Assembly: GCA_012295275.1 (NCBI GenBank)
Contig: CM022665.1
Coordinates: 40,858,001 to 40,922,000, forward strand
DNA: 64,000 bases
Source: Chrysomallon squamiferum
Lineage: Eukaryota > Animalia > Mollusca
Direction: 5' to 3'
Shown here: positions 54,151-64,000 of the stretch, one piece after another
Position numbering within the stretch: the stretch's first letter is position 1
How the letters are laid out: each line of letters starts with the position of its first letter
Made by a program: the position numbers and the translations under genes
Notes under the pieces: generated by a model
The model's input: the letters and a program-made list of their open reading frames with translations, nothing else
Database searches by the model: none
What the model was told of the DNA's origin: nothing

Positions 54151-55545
54151 ATATTAATAACATTTGGCTAATCTCTTAAATAAAATGAATACATGTCTGA
54201 CACTAGTTGATCACATTTTATTTATGAATATTGAATGTTGATGATACATTATAAAACTGATTACACTGAAGAGGAATCTGAAAGTAGTCAAATGTGCATT
54301 AAAGAGGACTGAATCCAGTAGAATGCTACACCTCACCTAGTACTTTAAACACAGATTTGTAGTATATGTATGTATGCCTGTCTGTGTATGTATGTAAAAT
54401 ATATATGTATTTAATGTATATATATATATGCAACAAATGTATGTATGTATGTATTTATATGTGTCTGTCTCTTTGTGTGTGTGTGTGCTGACATACACAT
54501 GTATGTGTACATAAGAAGAAAAAGATACCAATCAAGTTTTGTCTAGTATTTGAGACATTTTGACAATGTTTGCCCTATCCAAACCAAGTAACCTTACAAT
54601 GTTAATGTCGAGACCTCTGTATGACAGCAGTGTTACAAAGTGATTGTTCATACACTTTATTATCACCACAGCTGTCAAATCTAAGAAGCCCACTGATCTA
54701 CAAGCACCTTTTAATATTATCAGATATTGAATTGTGGTATTGGGGGAAATGTAGAGTATTTATTCAGTACCTTGTTTGTTAAACTGCGATGGGAAGCCAT
54801 TATCCGCTTTTCAGGGAGGTATGAGGAAAATTGATTAAGTGACAGTCTATCACTTAGTGATATAGGAAGTGATGGATCATTGTTTGTTTGTTGTGGATGT
54901 AAAATTCGTCTAATCCCAACACTCAAGTTTTCAGCTGTCTTAGACGATGTGTATTTGTCAGCTCATTGCAGGCCTGACTGCATGTTTCCTTGAATAAAAT
55001 GTTCATTTAGTTTGCTTTTCAAACTTGCTATTTCGTTTAATTTCAATTTAAAGAAAAAAAAAAAAAAAAAATTCTTTATAATTACTTTTCAATTCACTTT
55101 TGTTATGGATCTGAATGTGAAAGTCAAAATTCATGGCTTTTCTACAACAACAACAACAGCAAAATATTTTTGTACAACTTGCTATTTTGTTTCAGAACAA
55201 TTTATAAAAAACAACAACAACAAAAAAACATTCTTTATAATTACTTTTCAACGACATATGTGTCATTATGTTCCACCTTTCATAATTTGTGTGTATTTCT
55301 TTTATTTCATAAGATTGAAATCATGTGCTCAAATACCACCTGTTGGAAAAACATTACAAACTTTTGTATGAATTTAGAATTTTTTTTTAGTTATAAATAT
55401 TTTAAAGGTTGTCTTATTATTATTATTATTATTATTATTTTCTTTTTTTTTTTTTTTCTGTAAAAGTTTTTTTCAGTTTTCTTTTGATTAGGATCTTCTG
55501 ATAGACAGAATTCATGACAGTGTTTTCAATACAGTTTTACTTTTC

Positions 55546-57310
55546 CCACAGTGATTTGTACTGTAATAACTGTGTTGTATTAAACAAGGTAATGCTTAAA
55601 CAACAGTGATTTGTACTGAAATATCTGCATTGTATTGAACAAGGTAATGCTTTAACCACAGTGATTTGTACTGAAATAACTGCATTGTATTGAACAAGTT
55701 AATGCTTAAACCACAGTGATTTGTACTGAAATAACTGTTCTATTAAACAAGTTAATGCTCAAAACACAGTGATTTATACTGAAATAACTGTGTTGTATTA
55801 AACAAGTTAATGCTTAAACCACAGTGATTTGTACTGAAATAACTGTTCTATTAAACAAGTTAATGCTCAAAACACAGTGATTTATACTGAAATAACTGTG
55901 TTGTATTAAACAAGGTAATGCTTAAACCACAGTGATTTGTACTGAAATAACTGTTCTATTAAACAAGTTAATGCTTAAACCACAGTGATTTCTACTGAAA
56001 TAACTGTGTTGTATTAAACAAGGTAATGCTTAAACCACAGTGATTTGTACTGAAATATCTGCATTGTATTGAACAAGGTAATGCTTAAACCACAGTGATT
56101 TGTACTGAAATAACTGTTCTATTAAACAAGTTAATGCTCAAAACACAGTTGTTTTTGTCAAAACTGTGAAATAACTGTGTTGTATTAAACAAGTTAATGC
56201 TTAAACCACAGTGATTTTTACTGAAATGACTGTGTTGTTTTAAACAAGGTAATGCTCAAAACACAGTGATTTATACTGAAATAACTGTGTTGTATTAAAC
56301 AAGTTAATGCTTAAAACACAGAGATTTGTACTGTAATAACTGTGTTGTATTAAACAAGTTAATGCTTAAACCACAGTGATTTTTACTGAAATGACTGTGT
56401 TGTTTTAAACAAGGTAATGCTCAAAACACAGTGATTTATACTGAAATAACTGTGTTGTATTAAACAAGTTAATGCTTAAACCACAGTTATTTTGTACTGA
56501 AATAATTGCATTGTATTAAACAAGGTAATGCTCAAAACACAGAGATTTGTACTGAAATAACTGTGTTGTATTAAACAAGTTAATGCTCAAAACACAGTGA
56601 TTTATACTGAAATAACTGTGTTGTATTAAACAAGTTAATGCTTAAACCACAGTTATTTTGTACTGAAATAATTGCATTGTAATTCAAAAAACAAGGTGAA
56701 ATAACTGTGTTGTATTTAAACTACAGTGATTTCTACTGAAATAACTGTGTTGTATTAAACAAGTTAATGCTTAAACCACAGTTATTTTGTACTGAAATAA
56801 TTGCATTGTATTAAACAAGGTGAAATGCTCAAAACACAGAGAGTTATTTTCAAACCACAGTTATTTGGTACTGAAATAACTGTGTTGTATTAAACAAGTT
56901 AATGCTCAAAACACAGTGATTTATACTGAAATAACTGTGTTGTATTAAACAAGTTAATGCTTAAACCACAGTTATTTTGTACTGAAATAATTGCATTGTA
57001 TTAAACAAGGTAATGCTTAAACTACAGTGATTTCTACTGAAATAACTGTGTTGTATTAAACAAGTTAATGCTTAAACCACAGTTATTTTGTACTGAAATA
57101 ACTGCATTGTATTAAACAAGGTAATGCTCAAAACACAGTGATTTCTACTGAAATAACTGTGTTGTATTAAACAAGTTAATGCTTAAACCAGTTATTTTGT
57201 ACTGAAATAACTGTGTTGTATTAAACAAGTTAATGCTTAAAACACAGTGATTTGTACTGAAATAACTGTGTTGTATTAAACAAGGTAATGCTTAAACCAC
57301 AGTTATTTTC
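55546..57310. repeat. 55-bp satellite/minisatellite, about 32 copies
   Basis: CACAGTGATTTGTACTGAAATAACTGTGTTGTATTAAACAAGTTAATGCTTAAAC repeats with period 55 (GTGAT at 55551 and 55606). Some variants are 53 or 56 bp. Confidence 0.98.
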
Positions 57311-57546
57311 ACCACTGCATGTAATATTTAATTTCACAAATCAGTGTGACAGATACATTCATACTTGTCAGTAATTTGAGGCTCTGTTCCAGTCCCGAGA
57401 GAAATGACGGATGAATTAACCAGCTTTGTGAGCATGCCTGAACTTGTAATACACTTGTTAGTTCTTCTCAATCACGTGAAACTTTCTGAGCATTTTTTCT
57501 TCAAATTTTTATTTTTTGAAACTTTCTTCTTTTTTCAGTTTTTGGA

Positions 57547-57578
<32 letters not shown>

Positions 57579-57970
57579 AAACATTTTTTTTTTTTATAAT
57601 TTAAAATTCACTTGCACACTAGCCATCGGTCAATTTAGCACTTTTAATAGGCACATCTTAGATGTTTTGATTATCAAAGTACAGGAAATAATTCAATCTT
57701 GGCTTCTGTCAGTTAGAGAAAATGAAGAGAGACAGCAGCCATAGTAGGCAAGCGTGCAATAGCATCAGCATCTTAAAGCCGTACAGCTTTTTGTTAATTG
57801 TGTTACATGTTGCCGCAAACACGTTGTAACTGCAGCAGTTATGTCACATACCTGTTTTCTGAACAAAGCCAGAAAGACAGATGACTTGTTACAAACATTT
57901 CACCATAATGGAAATGTCATGTTAATAATCAGAAATTGAAAGGTCATTTTTGTCAAAACCCCTTTCTGTT

Positions 57971-58018
<48 letters not shown>

Positions 58019-60339
58019 CAAACCATAAATTTCGAAGTGCTAAAATGTTAAAATTCTATCTATTTAAACTTATTTTAATTTTAATTTTTTTTTTAAATTT
58101 TTTTTTTAAACTGTAAGTTTTAACATGATAACCATGCTGTTAAAATTCCATCTATTTAAGCTTTTTATTTATTTTTATTTTTTATATATATTTTTTTATT
58201 AATTTTTTTTTTTAAAGCACAAATTTTAAAAAGTTAAACACAAATCTCTTTTACAATATGTATTACGTAAAATAGAAAGATCGATATTATAGCAAATAAT
58301 ATCTTTTCAATAGACTGTGTTTCTGAACTCGTTCAACATAAACACCAAGAAACAAGATTCGTGACAATAACAAAAGGTGATTTAGCTTCTTCAAGTCCAG
58401 TGACAGTCACTTTTCAATGTGATCAACAACCACAGGCTGTTATTTTTGTGACAGATTGCTTATTACTCCACTCATAAACTTGTTCATTAGGCCATCTTGC
58501 AGTGTAGACAACACCACGAATTTCACTTCTCACACAAGATCCTGAAGTGATGAGTTGGTTAATACAGGTTCACAGTATCCAGACAAACCCATGTTGTCTT
58601 GTGACACCAATTTGTCTAGGGTTTTGCCCAATCCTATCAAGGTCTGAGCAGTAAATCCACTTGGAGCATGATGTGAAAGTACACTGTAGAGTTTGTAATG
58701 GCATCAGTAAGTGACGTGGTAATTTCAGTGAAGAGACCAGACAACATTTTCGTAGTTTATGTTTTAAAGTCTTAAAACACCTCGTTAGTCTCTTTATTTA
58801 CTTAAAACTTGTTACGAGGGATGGTCAAAATTTTCTACTTCCTTTTTGTCCTTTGAAAAAACAAACTGGGGCAGTTTTAAATTTTTTTTTTTTTTTTTTT
58901 TTTTTTCAATGTGTTCATGTCTGTATATTTGCTTGTGTTTTAATGATTTGTATTCATTTTTAGTTTTTATTTCAATTTTGAAAAACTATGTTAACGTGTG
59001 TAAATGAGTATATGTATGTGTTTATGAATTATAGCATAAATTGAACTTTAGTGTACAATGAATGCATCTTAATAAGTGCATAACAATGATAGTCTGTTGT
59101 ATGCAAGTATGTTATGTAAAAATGTTAATGTGTACATATATTGCATAACTATGTTTATATAGTACATTACGTAGGGGTTTTAGTACACTCTATAAGTGTT
59201 TTTTTGGTGTTTAATGTATTAAAATGGCTTTTTATGTGTTTTATGTGTTGTATTGTTTCATCACTGCATAACACAGCTTTGTATATGCACTGTAAAGTGT
59301 TTAAAGTGCTCTGATGCCTTGTAGTCCAAGAAGAATAGGACAAAAAATATATATCGGACTTTTTAAGTTGTAATGCAATTTGTATCAGTCTGGAGTTAAA
59401 TTATTGCCAAAAGGGTTCATTAGTTACTTCTGCAGGTGTCTCAGCACTAGATTGCAGTGCATTTTATATCAGTCCAGAGTCAAATTACTGCCCAAGGAGT
59501 CCATCAATCATTTACTGCTGCAGATGCATGAAGCGGCCTTCCACCAGAGGTCACCACTGTGGTCTGTTTAATTTCACTTTTCTTCCGATTTTTTCAAGTC
59601 TGTTTCTCTTCTTCATCTCTCTTTCTACCATCCATTTGCATCATCCATTTTTCTGTCTTCTTCTTCTTTTTTGATATTTCTTTTTTTTTTTTTAAATGTT
59701 AAATAAGTCAATTGTGATCAAAATGGACTATTTTTGTAAGATTATTTTAAAACATTGTATGACAAGATCTTTGACTTAAGAATAAAAGAGAGTCATCATT
59801 ATGGAGGATCCCAAATTCAAGAAAAAATTACCTTCGTTTTTATTAGTAATAGACTTAGTCATTGTAGTTTGTAGCTGATGTAATAGTAATAGTAGTAGTA
59901 GTTGTATCAGATGTAGTAGTAGTGGTTGTTGCAGTAGTAATAACAGGAGGAGCAGTAGTAGTAGTAGCTATTATAATTGTGATAGTTAATATAAGTTATA
60001 GTAGTAATTGTACTAGTAGTGAAATTTGTTGTTGTTGTAATTACAATATATAGAAATTCACATTGTTCATTCTCCTTTCATTAAAGACATAATAAAAAAA
60101 AAATTAAATAAATGAAACAAAATAATAATAATGTCAGAAAACAAAATCTAACATCCACACTAATCAAACCTCTTGGATCTGTTGGCAGTGTTTCTTCTTA
60201 AACAAGTAATTATTTTATATAATAACACTCTTGCACTAGAAGCAATATTTCAGATTTCTCATTTTTGCCATTGTCTCTGTTGTCGACAATAAGAATCAAT
60301 TGCTCAAGAGATTTTGATTGATCAAGATTGAAGCTAGAG

Positions 60340-61130
60340 GCTGTATCCCAGTAACACATTGTCTACAAATATTGCTGAACTATCTTTTATCCCAGTGGCA
60401 CATTGTCTGCAAGTATTGCTGAAGTATATTGTCTAAAAATATTGCTAAGCTGTCTTTTATTCTAGTAAAACATTGTCGAGAAATATTGCTAGACTATCTT
60501 TTATCCAAGTAACACCTAGTCTAGAAATATTTCTACATCGTTGTCTTGAATTATTACTAAACTATCTTTTACCCCATTGTTTAGAACTGTTACTAAACTG
60601 TCCTTTATCCCATTGTCCATAAATATTACTAAACTTTCTGTTATCCTATTGTCTGGAAATATTACTAAACTATCTGTTATCCTATTGTCTGGAAATATTA
60701 TTAACCTATCTTGTAGTTCATTCTGGAAATATTACTAAACTATCTGTTATTCTATTGTCTGGAAATACTATTATGCTACCTTGTAGTTCATTCTGGAAAT
60801 ATTACTAAACTATCTGTTATTCTATTGTCTGGAAATACTATTATGCTACCTTGTAGTTCATTCTGGAAATATTACTAAACTATCTGTTATTCTATTGTCT
60901 GGAAATACTATTATGCTACCTTGTGGTTCATTCTGGAAATATTACTAAACTATCTGTTATTCTATTGTCTGGAAATACTATTAACCTATCTTGTAGTTCA
61001 TTCTGGAAATATTACTAAACTATCTTGTAACTCACTGTCTGGAAATATTACTAAACTATCTTTTACCCCATTGTCTTGAAATACTACTAAACTATCTTTT
61101 GTCCCCATTGTCTGGAAATATTACTAAACT
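60340..61130. repeat. Minisatellite with 34-36 bp units and a 70-bp higher-order dimer in the centre
   Basis: CTGGAAAT at 60723, 60759 and 60793 gives 36+34. TTGT(A/G)GTTCA at 60711, 60781, 60851, 60921 and 60991 gives period 70. Flanking monomers are diverged. Confidence 0.93.
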
Positions 61131-61504
61131 TGTCTCTAATTCATACCAGTCTTTTTAGTTCTTGTCAGTGTGACCTTGTACAAGTGCTGTTTGTTTACTA
61201 AAGACACTGAAAGCTGTGAGAGAGGATACAATTTATAGATAGAAGGTTGAAGTTCTTCTTCTAATGTACGACATGGTTTTAGAGTAGATTTGCCATCTTA
61301 CAAACAATCACGTTTGAGTTGTGTGGTGTTCTTTACTGGGCAGCAGACTCTTGCATTTGGTATTTTCACTGGAAGCTGATAATAAATCTGCAGGAGCCAA
61401 GTTTGTAGGAAAATACAGACAGTTCTTAAGACATGAATTACTTCGTGCCCATGGTATTAAGACGAAGGAAATGTTTAGATGAAAGAAAATGAAAAGATTT
61501 GAGA

Positions 61505-61535
<31 letters not shown>

Positions 61536-61604
61536 TATTACTATTATTATTGTTTTTTAATTTTCTTTTGTTTTTGTTTTTCATTTTTATACATATATAC
61601 ATAA

Positions 61605-61608
<4 letters not shown>

Positions 61609-61650
<42 letters not shown>
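61609..61650. repeat. (GT)n microsatellite
   Basis: Directly visible. Confidence 0.95.
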
Positions 61651-61652
<2 letters not shown>

Positions 61653-62174
61653 ATATGATTTATTTATTCCATTTTAATGTTTTTAACTTCTTCTTTTTTT
61701 AAATGTATTTATTAATTATTATTATTATTATTTGTTTTTAAAAACATATTGTTATCTATTTTTTAAAATGCATTTGAGAAATATGTTTGCTTTCTCTGTT
61801 TGGAAGAATGTTCAGCAATTCACTGAAGTTTATTAAATATTTTCCTGTTAAAAGGTCACATCTGTAAAACAAACATTGCATTTATTGTTTCAGTTTTCTT
61901 CTGCTTTTGTTGATAATTCATGAAATTCTTGAAAATGCAAAGCTTTAGAAACCAAACATAAAAACAACAATAACTACAATAAAATGCAAATTGAAAGAAG
62001 AAAAATGTAGACAATATATTTGTAAATTGCATTTGAAAATGCAGCATCTTTTTAAAAAATAATAATAATAATAATAATGAAATGTAAATTTTGTATTGAA
62101 TATTTCATTTTCTTTAATATTTTAATATTCAAAATTTAAAATGATTCTTGATTATGACAAATATAATCTGGTAC

Positions 62175-62350
62175 CATTTCTCCCTGAGTTGCTTCATTCA
62201 TTTAGCAGAAAGGAATTGTCTAACAGCACCTTCCCATCAACTGGAAAGCAAATACCACATTATTTAATAAACCAGTCATGGAATTCTGTTTGAAATGGAA
62301 GATAATCCAGTGGTAGCACTAAGAAGAGTTGAACCTGACCAGATGCCTCA
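62175..62350 (-). mobile_element. Diverged SINE-like fragment
   Basis: Reverse complement ttccatgactggtttattaaataatgtggtatttgctttccagttgatgggaaggtgctgttagacaattcctttctgctaaa aligns with the copies at 18925, 24363 and 43300. Confidence 0.65.
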
Positions 62351-62873
62351 AACCACAGATTCACCAAAATACTTATTACTTATTGATTCTTTTACTTAAT
62401 ATCATAGACACAATGATAGTCATTAATTTTATTAATCTCTTACCAGTCAGCTTCAATCAGCTGTAGTAGACAAAGATAATATTATATAGACAATCTTTGT
62501 CCATCATGTAGCTTTTTATTTTATTCATTTGCTTGTCATGTTAATATGGCTTCACAGGTTATGTCTAAAATTTCATTACATATTAATAGCTAAGTGTCTT
62601 CCTCCATGAATTTGTAAAGTGGGTAAGCTTCTTTCATTAAAAGTTTACAGGTTTTTTTCCACGTCCTGCTGCTCTCAGATTAGTGTCTGTTCTGGTGGCT
62701 GGGGCTGAAAAGATGGCCATTTCATGTAATAATCTGTCTAATTAAATCTAAAGTGTTTGTCTTAAGAATGATGAACATAAACATTCTTTTCTGGACAGTG
62801 GGATTAGCCGTTTGGTTGACCATCTGCAAAAGTCAGTCTTGAAGCAGTAAATTTCTTGTGGGTTTTATTTATC

Positions 62874-62877
<4 letters not shown>

Positions 62878-62928
<51 letters not shown>
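62878..62928. repeat. (GT)n microsatellite
   Basis: Directly visible. Confidence 0.95.
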
Positions 62929-62930
<2 letters not shown>

Positions 62931-63574
62931 ATCTATATGTGTATGTTTTTAGGAATGAATATTTTGTTGTCTTTTGTACATCTGATAAGACTCTGCACAA
63001 AGACAATATTCTTGAACACTCTGGTACAGAAGAATGAAGACCAATCTCTACCTCACAGACATCATATGCTGCTTACACATAGTATTTTTCTCAATGTCAT
63101 TTTCTGTATGTTTATATGTATGAAAGGAAGTAAGAATTTGCGTGTATCTGTGTTTCTATGTTTTCGTGTAAATATGTGCTTTTGACCCTATGTGTGTGTG
63201 TATATATAGCTGTATGTATGTATATACAAACACACACAAACTTTTAAAGCTGATATCACATGATTGCACAACGGCCTTAATGAATACAGCAGATTTACTG
63301 TCTACAAGGAATAGAGATGTGATTTTAAAATCGCTTGAATTATAATAAGTTTCACTTGCTTTGTAATAGCTGTGATATCAAAAGAGATATCATATTACCA
63401 GATATTAGTTTCATTTCCTGAATATGTCAGAGTTGTGAATGAAATACAAAAGATTCACCTGACTTAATCCTCCCACTCACTAATCCGTTGGATTGTAATT
63501 TCCGCTTCAGTGGTTTAGTTTCTGAAATTGCTTAGTTTGATTTGGCTTTATACTTCAATGAAATCTGATTTCTA

Positions 63575-64000
63575 TGCTCAGTATATGTCAACTGTGTCAT
63601 TACACGTTCAGTAAATGTCATGTATGGGAGATAACTATATAACACATTCAGTATATATTGTGTGAGATAATTGCATAACACATTCAGTATATATTGTGTG
63701 AGATAACTGTATAACACATTCAGTATGTCATGTGAGATAACTGTATTATGACATTCACTATATGTCATATTTGTGACATAGCAGTAGGATACATGTCAGG
63801 TATGAAATAACTGTATGATGACATATACTGTATATGTTGTGTGAGATAACTGTATGATGATATACACAATATGTCATGTGTGTGAGATAACTATGATAAC
63901 ACATTCAGTATATGTAATGTATGTGAGATAACTGCATGATGGCATATATAATATATGTCATGTGTGTGACGTAACTGCATGGTGACATGCAATATATATC
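63575..64000. repeat. 34-38 bp minisatellite running off the window end
   Basis: Units resemble GAGATAACTGTATAACACATTCAGTATATATTGTGT; GAGATAA occurs at 63628, 63664, 63700 and 63734. Confidence 0.9.

Noticed and set aside
53797-54163. Three overlapping repetitive minus-strand ORFs
   Set aside because: They are produced by the 38-bp minisatellite, and the same peptide rotates through all frames.
39564-54802. Identical 13-mer TGGGAAGCCATTA at 39564 and 54790 (CSL-like plus homeodomain-like sites)
   Set aside because: Dozens of repeated 13-mers are expected by chance in 64 kb, and the flanks do not align.
55546-57310. CRISPR-like array of palindromic repeats
   Set aside because: There are no unique spacers and no cas genes, and the context is eukaryotic. 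It is a head-to-tail satellite.

Overview
This window is very AT-rich (roughly 25-30% GC by eye), CpG-depleted animal DNA that is almost entirely non-coding, consistent with a giant intron or gene desert. I can support no intact protein-coding gene, tRNA, rRNA or CRISPR array. Nearly all listed ORFs are artefacts of microsatellites or minisatellites. The one protein-coding relic is a decayed Tc1-family (DD34E) DNA transposon at 8423-9761, with 26-bp terminal inverted repeats (TIRs), TA target-site duplications and a frameshifted, internally deleted transposase on the minus strand. The window also holds at least 7 highly diverged fragments of one SINE-like family, a 2.1-kb (CTACA)n array, several minisatellites (29, 34-38, 55 and 70-bp periods) and many microsatellites. 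From memory only, the SINE core and Tc1 protein resemble gastropod mollusc repeats; this taxon guess is unverified. The best leads are a ~370-bp degenerate palindrome (26290-26658), a textbook recursive-splice-site motif (22461/22462), a cluster of nuclear-receptor AGGTCA sites around it, a 55-bp satellite whose monomer is a hairpin, and two CpG-retaining patches. The sequence alone does not demonstrate a new multi-gene system.
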